51,373 bases of DNA, from positions 1 to 51,373 of the forward strand of contig JBKJKM010000168.1 of assembly GCA_046597375.1 (NCBI GenBank), in the 5' to 3' direction. The DNA comes from Acidimicrobiales bacterium. GTDB lineage: Bacteria; Actinomycetota; Acidimicrobiia; Acidimicrobiales; CADCTF01. A program made the position numbers and the translations under genes. The notes below the pieces were generated by a model. The model was not told where the DNA came from and made no database searches. It saw only the letters and a program-made list of their open reading frames with translations. How positions within the stretch are numbered: position 1 is the stretch's first letter; each line of letters begins with the position of its first letter. Positions 42,046 to 49,132 of the stretch are shown here, piece after piece.

Positions 42046-42942
42046 ATGTCACGACGTCGGCGTGATGAGAACGGCCTTGACTACGAGGTGGTACGGACCT
42101 TTTGGGAAAACGCCGCCGACGAGGCGGCATCGGCTTCTTACATGGCGCACGAGCAGGGCCTGCCCAGGGATTGCCTAGAGCTTCGGTTTTCACTTGAGCG
42201 GGCGGTGGTCGAACGATGGTTTGCGGAACTGGGCCCCACGGCCTCGGTGCTCGATGTCGGGTGCGGCGCCGGCGCCTGGACAGAGCTGTTCGCAGGGCGA
42301 TACCAGCGCGTCGTGGGCGTGGACGCGAGTTCGGGCATGCTGGCCGCCGCTCGGCGGCGGCTGGCCGGGCAAGGCAACGTAGAACTGAAATTTGGGAACG
42401 CGCTGACCGTTCCCCTCGAAGGGGAGTTCCAGGGCGTTCTCGTCGGGGGGCTGTTGATGTACCTCAACCGAGCCGACGCTGTCGCACTGCTCGTCCGCCT
42501 TCGCGAACTCGCGCCCAAAGGTCGGATCATCCTTCGCGAATCGGGAGTTCGTTCCGGAACAGAGGTGCAAAACGGCCCGTACCAGGTGGTGTATCGATCG
42601 GTGCAGGAGTACGAAGCCATGGCACGTGAGGCCGCCCTGCGCGTCGTGACCGTCGAGCGGAACCGGGGCTACGCACAGATGGAGATCGCCGTCGTATTGG
42701 TGAACCTCCTTCGACGTGTGCCGCTCGTCGCACGGCGCGATGCGGCTGTCGTCGGTGGACCGCTGTGGCGTCTTCTGCGGGCCACCGCGCCCATCACCTT
42801 GGAGGCGCTGCCCCGAGCGATCGAGTCCGTTGGCCTCAACTGGCCGCACCTGACCAACCACTTCCTGCTTCTCGAACCCGTCCTCGCTGACAGCCCAACA
42901 GAGCGCCAGATGCTCGCTGACACCACCGCCCATGATCCGTAG
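42046..42942 (+). CDS. Class I SAM-dependent methyltransferase with a roughly 90-aa C-terminal extension
   Basis: 298 aa with an ATG start. Motif I VLDVGCGAGAWT, post-I VGVDAS, GLLMYL. It is divergent from the fusion gene. Confidence 0.8.
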   Translation: MSRRRRDENGLDYEVVRTFWENAADEAASASYMAHEQGLPRDCLELRFSLERAVVERWFAELGPTASVLDVGCGAGAWTELFAGRYQRVVGVDASSGMLAAARRRLAGQGNVELKFGNALTVPLEGEFQGVLVGGLLMYLNRADAVALLVRLRELAPKGRIILRESGVRSGTEVQNGPYQVVYRSVQEYEAMAREAALRVVTVERNRGYAQMEIAVVLVNLLRRVPLVARRDAAVVGGPLWRLLRATAPITLEALPRAIESVGLNWPHLTNHFLLLEPVLADSPTERQMLADTTAHDP

Positions 42943-42950
42943 AGCGATGC

Positions 42951-43151
42951 TCAGCCTTCTGTGACCTGCGGTCTCGTACGTTGTCGCGGGTCAGCGACCG
43001 CACGTATCTCGGCGAAGAACGCCACGTGTCCCGCTATAGGGGCGACGTGGGAGTGCGGGTCGTCGTAAACCAGACGTCGTCGAGTGGCCAGGTTGGCGGC
43101 GTCAACGAGCAGGTCGATACAGCCGACCTCCTCGCCGAATCGGTCGGCCAC
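42951..43151 (-). pseudogene. Possible C-terminal remnant of an alpha/beta-hydrolase-like gene
   Basis: 66-codon ORF ending ...LVYDDPHSHVAPIAGHVAFFAE... (resembles the catalytic-His end of the fold). An in-frame stop lies 15 codons upstream of the GTG. There is no room for a full-length enzyme. Confidence 0.3.
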
Positions 43152-43291
43152 CAGGCGCCATACGAAGCGTTTGGGGCGCCCGCTGTGCCGTCGTCACCAA
43201 CCCGGATCGGAAAGCCGTGGGATCATGAGCCCGTGATCCCGTCCGGCGCACGGCTGCACCGAATCGCCAATCGTCGAAGGAGCTTTACGCC

Positions 43292-43741
43292 ATGTCACCA
43301 GAAGAGCCCCACTCCCCGTCGCCGATCGTCAATCAGTTCGTCCGGTCGCTCGCGCGAGTTCTACCTGAGGAGGAGCGGGTCGGGCTTTCGGCGTTCGACT
43401 CCGCCGTTGCCGGAACGACGAGCGACGGCGACCTGCGCCGCGCCTGGCGCTGTGCGGAGTGGGCGCTCCAGCTCGCTGGTCATCCTGACGAATCGAAGGT
43501 CGACCGACTGGCCCATGAGATCCAGGGGGCGTACCGCCTGCTGAAGGACTCGATGTACGGTTTCGCGTTCGGGGCGGCGTTTCACGACGGTGTCGGGCCG
43601 GGAACCGACGTGCAGATCCAGTGGGTGGAGCGGGCGGTGGCCGTTGCCAAAGAAACCGGCGCCTCGCTCGGATGGGATGCCGTCCCCTGGCAGGCCCTGC
43701 TGGAGGAGCTCATCACGACGTCCTCAGTGGAGCGCGGGTAG
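43292..43741 (+). CDS. Hypothetical protein, 149 aa, helical, unknown function
   Basis: Strong RBS (GAAGGAG) 8 nt before the ATG. GC3-rich frame with no recognisable motif. Confidence 0.6.
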   Translation: MSPEEPHSPSPIVNQFVRSLARVLPEEERVGLSAFDSAVAGTTSDGDLRRAWRCAEWALQLAGHPDESKVDRLAHEIQGAYRLLKDSMYGFAFGAAFHDGVGPGTDVQIQWVERAVAVAKETGASLGWDAVPWQALLEELITTSSVERG

Positions 43742-43816
43742 GGACAACACCGGCTAGCACGTCGGATCTCGGAGGACCTGATGCACCCTCTCCGTCTGCC
43801 GTCCGCTGTGGGCGGT

Positions 43817-43858
43817 GGCTTGACCCGAAAGGGGACGTCGGTAGGGTGGGGTCAAGCC
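43817..43858. repeat. 10-bp perfect inverted repeat GGCTTGACCC ... GGGTCAAGCC with a 22-nt spacer, in non-coding DNA
   Basis: Read directly from the sequence. Confidence 0.7.
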
Positions 43859-44044
43859 ATCCACCTCGCCGCCCGACCCTTGCTTCGGCTCGGACGTCGG
43901 TACGGAGCCTCCGGAATTGTCGGCAGACTCCCGAGCATCGAACAGAGGGAGGACTGCCGATGTCTTTGTTGCCGTCGCATGCCAGCGAGCGTCTTCAGGA
44001 AGTTGCCTCGTGACGAAGCAGGGGCAACCTCCGCTTCTCTACCG

Positions 44045-44215
44045 ATGTCCAAGGCAACTCTCGACATTCCGCTCCGCGCCCTCTTTCGTGTCGACGTTCA
44101 GGGCCTTGAGCATGTTCCCGATGGACGAGGCGCAGAACGAGGCGCAGAACGAGGCGCAGGTTCGTGGCGGGACGGGTCTGGATTCCTGAAGAATTCGTCG
44201 CCGCTCAGATCTTGA
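44045..44215 (+). pseudogene. Possible N-terminal fragment of an acyltransferase-like gene
   Basis: MSKATLDIPLRALFRVDVQGLEHVPDG resembles the start of PlsC-type acyltransferases (compare RFGERLTVEGIEHVPAKG at 21909-22535). It then degenerates into a 12-bp tandem repeat and stops after 56 codons. Confidence 0.3.
44127..44159 (+). repeat. 12-bp tandem repeat gaggcgcagaac, about 2.75 copies
   Basis: Read directly from the sequence. Confidence 0.85.
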
Positions 44216-44463
44216 CGATGTCGAGCGCGCTGCCAAGGAACAGATCGTCCTCCTGCTGCAGCTGCAGAACTTCGACGCGGCGACGCCAGAGTGGCAGACA
44301 TTGCAGACCGCCCTCATTGAGTACGGCTACGGCGTCTTCATGGCGTGGACGAAGGCCGGCGTCGTCAGGAGGATGGCGTCGCAGCACGGCGGGGGCCGCG
44401 GCGTCTACGGCCTGGAGAAGGTCCCTGAGGCGTTCCGCCTCGAGCGGCCACCGTCGCCGTGGT
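44190..44463 (+). pseudogene. 5'-truncated coding remnant (91 codons, no start codon), unknown family
   Basis: Frame 0 between the stop at 44187-44189 and the TGA at 44461-44463 is strongly GC3-biased (DLDDVERAAKEQIVLLLQLQNFDAATPEWQTLQTALIEYGYGVFMAWTKAGVV...). It has no ATG/GTG/TTG near its 5' end. Confidence 0.4.
44197..44220 (+). repeat. Right copy of the imperfect direct repeat (gtcgccgctcagatcttgacgatg)
   Basis: See the left copy at 38981-39003. Confidence 0.6.
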
Positions 44464-44577
44464 GAACCCGCGCTTCGTGACCTGGATGCGCTTGCCTGTC
44501 AACGGGTCGCGCCCGACCGTCGCCTTGAAGTACCACGAGCCGTTTCCAGCCCGGTAGACGCCCTCTACATTGGGCAT
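44365..44577 (-). pseudogene. Tyrosine-recombinase (phage-type integrase) N-terminal fragment
   Basis: An ATG at 44577 with a GGAGG RBS gives MPNVEGVYRAGNGSWYFKATVGRDPLTGKRIQVTKRGF, the arm-binding N-terminus typical of actinobacterial integrases. After about 38 aa the frame becomes the antisense of the neighbouring remnant and stops at 71 aa. It lies 121 nt from the 3' end of tRNA-Arg. Confidence 0.55.
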
Positions 44578-44697
44578 TGAGAACCTCCGTGAGAACCAGT
44601 TGTTCTGGACCCCGGTTCTCAAACGGTTCTCACGGCGGGGACGACCGGTTGTGCTGGGGAGGCAGATTCACCTCCGACCTGCACTTATGCTGTGCTG

Positions 44698-44770
44698 CGC
44701 GCTCGGAGGGATTCGAACCCCCAACCTTCTGATCCGTAGTCAGATGCTCTATCCGTTGAGCTACGAGCGC
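44698..44770 (-). tRNA. tRNA-Arg (anticodon ACG)
   Basis: The reverse complement folds as a cloverleaf. Acceptor stem GCGCTCG/CGAGCGC, D arm GCTC..GAGC, anticodon stem TCTGA/TCAGA with loop CTACGGA, T arm GGGGG-TTCGAAT-CCCTC, discriminator G. CCA is not encoded. Confidence 0.95.
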
Positions 44771-44961
44771 TGGCTTTTGGTGCTTTGACCTGCGGTTTTG
44801 TGTCCGGAGGGCAGCCTAAAACGATAGCACAGCGCTCAGACGGCAGGCTCCAGAGACTTGCGTTGCGCCTGGGGGTCGATCAGTCGTGTCGTCTCCTTTC
44901 GACGTGGTCATCGCAGAGGGATGCCTGTCCGGTGTTCCTGTTGTTCCCGGACATTGGCGGA

Positions 44962-47808
44962 CTACTCCGTCACCTCGAGGCGGTGCTTCGGTTCCTCGTC
45001 GGCTGGGTGAATCCTCGCTGATCCCTCTGCGCCGAATCGAACGACGTAGGCCGACGCCAGCTCGGCCTTCGACCGAACATCGAGCTTGTCGAACACATGT
45101 GCAACGTGGGTCTCCACGGTGCGGCGCGACACATAGAGGCGTTCGCCGATGACGCGGTAGGTGAGTCCGCGCGAGACCAGTTCGGCGACTCGTAGCTCGG
45201 ACTTGGTGAGGCTCCCCCAACCAGTCAGCGGACGAGGCGACGGTGGGGTCTTGCGCGACAACCCCGCCTCACGCAGGCGACGCGCGAGGCGCATGAGATC
45301 GCGTTGGCCGCCCAGGGCTTCGTAGACCGAGGTCGCACTGTCGAAGAGTTGTTGCGCCTGCGTCTCGTCTGAACGTACGAACGCGGCGGCGGCGTCTTCG
45401 TCGGCGCGCGCAGCCTCCACCGGCCGACCGAACCGTCGATACAACGCCGCAGCTTCGAGCAGGTCTGCACCTGCGCCCTCGATCAAGGCGAGGCAGTGCT
45501 TGGCGACGGCTACTGCGATGTCGCCGCCTCGTGGTACCAGGGCTTGCACGACGGATGCGACCTCCCGCCCCAGCGGATCGTCACCGGACAGGACTGCGTG
45601 GCGAACGAGGTCGGCGGCGTAGAGCTTTTGCCACACACGGACCCCCGCTTGGTCGTCCTTCCGCCAGGCCTCGGCGAGCAGTTGGCGGCCCTTGTCCAGA
45701 TCGCCTTCGACCTCGGCGGTCACCGACGCCACCCAGGTACCGAGCCCCGCCGACGATGCCATGGTCCGGCTGTGCACTAGCCATTCCCGCGCAGCATCCA
45801 GCCGTCCGCGTTCCGCCTCGATCAGCGCCGCGACCCCGAACAGGCTGTCCGAGATGCGCGGACCTGACTCCTCGGTGCGGCAGCGCGAGGTCTCGAACTG
45901 AGCCAGGGCTTCGTCCCACTCGCCGGCCAACCAGTAGGCGAAGCCCGCGCCGGCGTCGATCTCTGGGAAGGCATGCGATGCAGCGGAACCGATGCGGTGC
46001 AGCGATTGTCGCCACCCTGCGTCGCTGCCGTCGCTTCCGAGGACCAGGGTGGCCCCGTCCATCGACTGGGGTGGAAGGCCGACGTCCTTGGTCAACTCCT
46101 CCCAACGGTGGGCAATCGCCGGCCCTGCCTCGTTCTCGCCCCGCGACCACGCGACGAGCCCCCGGCAGACGGAGAGCCAAAAGTCGACGATTCCGTGCGT
46201 GTCGTCAGGATCTTGCGCGTAGTGGGCCAGGACTTGCGCTTCGTCCTGTTCGTCGCCGGCGACGAAGCTCAGGAGACCGTCAGTCACGCGCTCTGCGGTG
46301 TCGGGATCGCCGAGGAGGCACCGGGCCCCGACGATGGCGACGGCCATCGCAATCTGGATACTGCGTGGTCGCGGCGTCGCGAACGCGACACGCTCCGCTT
46401 CATTGACATCGCCGGCGAGCGCTCGGCCAGTCACCAGCGCCTCCTCCGTCACCCACCGAAGCAGGTTGGGCAAGGGCTCGCGCAGCATGGCATGGGCACG
46501 ATCGAGTCGCGCACTTCCGGGTTGGGCGGCACCGTAGGTCGCCACCAGGACGCGACGCTCCAGGAGGCTCTCGTGGTTAGGGGGCGTCAGCGCGACCGAC
46601 CGCTCCCGCAACTCGAGACTCGTGCTCCGGTCGAGTGCATAGGTCGCGATCGCCGCCCTCCACAGCCAGTCCGACGCGACCGCGTCCGGTCCGTCGACAC
46701 CGAGTTCGAAGTGCCGCGCCACGCGCGTGACGTCCGCGGTCGGTTCCGCTGCAAGAATTGCTCCGGCGTCGGTGTGAAGCACTCGCCGGTGCGGCTCGGG
46801 GGTGTCAGCGTAGGCAGCCTCGTGGATGAGGTCGTGGCGAAAGCGGAATCCATCGGATGTGGCGATCACGACGCCGCCGTCTATCGCAGGCTGGAGCAGC
46901 GGCATCAGCTCCAGAGCCGGGCGACGCGCCACTGCGGTGAGCTCGCCCAGAACGAACGACGCCCCGAGTATGGCGGCGGTGCGGAGGAGCTCGATCGTCT
47001 CGGACGGAAGCAGCCCGAGCCTGTGCACGATGGTCAAGGGAAGGGACGGGGGCGCCGACGAGTCCGGCACGTCAGCTATGCCGTTCGCTCGAGTGAGATC
47101 GCTGCCCAGCCCCTCGACGAACTCGGTGACGTAGAGCGGGTTGCCCGACGCACCCCGGACGCGGGCCGACAGCGCGGGCCCAAGCCGCGCGTCCACGAGC
47201 TCCTCGACGATCTCCTCCACGGCGGCATCGGGGAGCGGGCCGAGCCGTATCTCCACTCCTCCCTCATCAGCGAGCGATCTGAGCAACGCCTCGAGGTTGG
47301 ACGAACGGGGTGACAGTCGCCGGGTGCAGAGCAGGGACGTGTTGAGCGGGCCACGCTGCCGCGCAAGACGGCCCAGAAGCGACAAGGTCGCCGCGTCGGC
47401 CCAGTGGATGTCTTCGAGGACGAACACCACGGGGCCCTCAGCGCTCGCGCGCTCGAACAGGTCGAGGAAGTGGTCGGCGACGGCGAACTGGCGGGTCGAG
47501 TCCAGGCTCGCAAGCTCTTCGTCTGGCGACCTGACAATCGACGGCACCAGCTCATGGCTCCGCACCTCGAACGCGTCGAGCAACGGACCGAACGGACGCT
47601 CGCGCTCGAGCTCACACGCTTTGCCGACCAACACCCGAAGACCGGTGGCGACATAGGTGGCTGTCTCGACCAGGCGCGACTTTCCGATGCCTGCTTCACC
47701 CTCGACGATGACCGCAAATGGCGTGCCGGCGGTGGCGCCCTCCAAGGCCGCCGTGAGCTGACCCAACTCGGACGTCCGCCCACGGAAGCCAACCCGTCGC
47801 GACCGCAC
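44962..47808 (-). CDS. Large ATP-binding LuxR-family regulator (LAL/MalT-like: P-loop NTPase plus helical repeats plus C-terminal LuxR HTH)
   Basis: 948 aa with a GTG start. Walker A GEAGIGKSRL, Walker B VFVLEDIHWAD. LuxR HTH: LTKSELRVAELVSRGLTYRVIGERLYVSRRTVETHVAHVFDKL. Confidence 0.85.
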   Translation of the reverse strand: MRSRRVGFRGRTSELGQLTAALEGATAGTPFAVIVEGEAGIGKSRLVETATYVATGLRVLVGKACELERERPFGPLLDAFEVRSHELVPSIVRSPDEELASLDSTRQFAVADHFLDLFERASAEGPVVFVLEDIHWADAATLSLLGRLARQRGPLNTSLLCTRRLSPRSSNLEALLRSLADEGGVEIRLGPLPDAAVEEIVEELVDARLGPALSARVRGASGNPLYVTEFVEGLGSDLTRANGIADVPDSSAPPSLPLTIVHRLGLLPSETIELLRTAAILGASFVLGELTAVARRPALELMPLLQPAIDGGVVIATSDGFRFRHDLIHEAAYADTPEPHRRVLHTDAGAILAAEPTADVTRVARHFELGVDGPDAVASDWLWRAAIATYALDRSTSLELRERSVALTPPNHESLLERRVLVATYGAAQPGSARLDRAHAMLREPLPNLLRWVTEEALVTGRALAGDVNEAERVAFATPRPRSIQIAMAVAIVGARCLLGDPDTAERVTDGLLSFVAGDEQDEAQVLAHYAQDPDDTHGIVDFWLSVCRGLVAWSRGENEAGPAIAHRWEELTKDVGLPPQSMDGATLVLGSDGSDAGWRQSLHRIGSAASHAFPEIDAGAGFAYWLAGEWDEALAQFETSRCRTEESGPRISDSLFGVAALIEAERGRLDAAREWLVHSRTMASSAGLGTWVASVTAEVEGDLDKGRQLLAEAWRKDDQAGVRVWQKLYAADLVRHAVLSGDDPLGREVASVVQALVPRGGDIAVAVAKHCLALIEGAGADLLEAAALYRRFGRPVEAARADEDAAAAFVRSDETQAQQLFDSATSVYEALGGQRDLMRLARRLREAGLSRKTPPSPRPLTGWGSLTKSELRVAELVSRGLTYRVIGERLYVSRRTVETHVAHVFDKLDVRSKAELASAYVVRFGAEGSARIHPADEEPKHRLEVTE

Positions 47809-47835
47809 CTCCGAACGCTAACTCCCCGAGCGCGA

Positions 47836-47859
47836 CATATCCGTAGATCTACGGATGTG
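47836..47859. promoter_or_regulatory. 24-bp near-perfect palindrome CAtATCCGTAGATCTACGGATgTG (18-bp perfect core) just upstream of the LAL gene
   Basis: Read directly. The core ATCCGTAGATCTACGGAT lies at 47839-47856, 31 nt upstream of the GTG at 47808. Confidence 0.5.
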
Positions 47860-48071
47860 AAACGGAGGCGATCTGGCCAGATTGTCAGTGGGTCCGAAGG
47901 GCGGACCAGGACCGCTCGGGAGACAAAGATGCCGGGTTCTGTTTCTGCATCCACACCTGATTCGTCGGGCCGCTTGCTGATCGTTCTTCGTCGAGCAGCC
48001 AAAAGGGCGGACTGCTCGACGAGCTCGACCAGGCCGAGGCCCGACGGATCAGGGACCTGCTGTTCGACGCC

Positions 48072-48311
48072 ATGGCCCTGAAGCGGGAGGGGCCCATGAC
48101 GCCGGGGGGCTGGCGAGCGGTGAGGTGCGACCTGCCGAGCCGCTCGCCTCTCCACCCGGCCGTCGACAAGTACGGCCAACACGGAAGTCTGGCCCCGAGC
48201 ACCCCGCCTTTGCCGCGGCCGGACGACGCTCAGGCGCTCGTACGCGGCGTTTCCTGGGCGCTTCTCTTGGCTGCGCCCTTCTGGTACGCCCTCTTCGATT
48301 TTCTGACGTAG
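48072..48311 (+). CDS. Possible small protein with a C-terminal hydrophobic helix, or the 3' part of a decayed longer gene
   Basis: 79-aa ORF ending in VSWALLLAAPFWYALFDFLT. The same frame is coding-like for 37 codons upstream of the ATG (GLLDELDQAEARRIRDLLFDA) but has no canonical start there. Confidence 0.3.
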   Translation: MALKREGPMTPGGWRAVRCDLPSRSPLHPAVDKYGQHGSLAPSTPPLPRPDDAQALVRGVSWALLLAAPFWYALFDFLT

Positions 48312-48510
48312 ACGATAAGAAGCGGATCATGCTTGACGCTCCGCTGCCCGCGGATTTCGCTGGTCGACGCGAAGAGCGGGTCCGCCCAGAGGGGGACCCG
48401 CCCTCGCCGCTGCGGCGGACAGCGGCGGTGGTGTTGGCCCGCCCGCTGCGGTCGTATGGCTGGCTGCAAACGGGATTTTATGGCCGGAATCGTCCAGAGG
48501 CAAACAGCGT

Positions 48511-48891
48511 TTAGTCCGGCTGGTTCACCATGAAATCCGCGGCCGAGTCGAAGTAGCTGAGCAACTCGTTGCGCTCCTCGGGCCCCAAATCCCCGTCGGC
48601 GGCAACCGCAGCGCGCATGTGGAGGAGCCAGCGATCGCGTTCGTTCCGTCCGATGGCGAACGGGAAGTGGCGCTGCCGCAGTCGGGGGTGACCGCGCAGC
48701 TTCGAGTACGTACCCGGTCCGCCCCAGTACTGCATGAGGAAGAGAGCGAGCCATCGCCGCTCGTCGGAGAGATCGCCATCCGGGTAGAGGGGTCGCAGCA
48801 CGGCGTCGCCGGCGACGCCCAGGTAGAACCGATCGACCAGCGCCACGAAGAACACTTCGCCGCCGACCCGTTCGTAGAGCGACGCCGTCAT
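48511..48891 (-). CDS. glbO: Group II truncated hemoglobin
   Basis: 126 aa from the ATG at 48891: MTASLYERVGGEVFF..., then QYWGGPGTYSKLRGHPRLRQRHFPFAIG. The listed 49014 start would run into tRNA-Ser. Confidence 0.85.
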   Translation of the reverse strand: MTASLYERVGGEVFFVALVDRFYLGVAGDAVLRPLYPDGDLSDERRWLALFLMQYWGGPGTYSKLRGHPRLRQRHFPFAIGRNERDRWLLHMRAAVAADGDLGPEERNELLSYFDSAADFMVNQPD

Positions 48892-48970
48892 GCCGGCGAC
48901 CGTAGGGCCGTCGTGCAGCCTCGCTCGATGTTCCTGGAGCTCATCCTCCAAGTTGAAGGTTCGTCGGTAC

Positions 48971-49062
48971 TGGCGGAGAGGGAGGGATTTGAACCCTCGG
49001 ACCCGGTTTCCCAAGTCACCTCATTAGCAGTGAGGCCGATTCGGCCACTCTCGCACCTCTCC
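48971..49062 (-). tRNA. tRNA-Ser (anticodon GCT), long variable arm, CCA encoded
   Basis: Reverse complement: GGAGAGGTGCGAGAGTGGCCGAATCGGCCTCACTGCTAATGAGGTGACTTGGGAAACCGGGTCCGAGGGTTCAAATCCCTCCCTCTCCGCCA. Acceptor stem GGAGAGG/CCTCTCC, anticodon loop CTGCTAA. Confidence 0.95.
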
Positions 49063-49093
49063 CGATGCTGCAGGCGAGCAGTGTAGGTGGAGG

Positions 49094-49126
49094 GGACGGC
49101 CCGTCGACGGTAGCGACGGGCCGTCC
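49094..49126 (-). terminator. Strong GC hairpin immediately after the beta-propeller gene stop
   Basis: GGACGGCCCGTCG acggtag CGACGGGCCGTCC: a perfect 13-bp stem with a 7-nt loop, 6 nt downstream of the TAG on the minus strand. There is no U-tract. Confidence 0.6.
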
Positions 49127-49132
49127 GCTCCT

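Noticed and set aside
42928-42950. 19-nt stretch (gatccgtagagcgatgctc) resembling the anticodon/D-arm part of tRNA-Arg (gatccgtagtcagatgctc), considered as an old att site
   Set aside because: Only 16 of 19 positions match, with no extension on either side. It corresponds to the tRNA 5' half rather than the 3' half normally duplicated by integration, and it overlaps the methyltransferase stop codon. It is noted as a weak coincidence only.
43781-44215. 144-aa plus-strand ORF and other 60-140-aa ORFs between 43742 and 44640
   Set aside because: No single ORF is coherent across this region. Coding signal switches frame repeatedly, so the pieces are reported as remnants rather than genes.
48892-49014. 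N-terminal extension of glbO to 49014
   Set aside because: The extension is the antisense-frame reading of tRNA-Ser (48971-49062). Truncated hemoglobins start at the MTASLYERVGG-type sequence.
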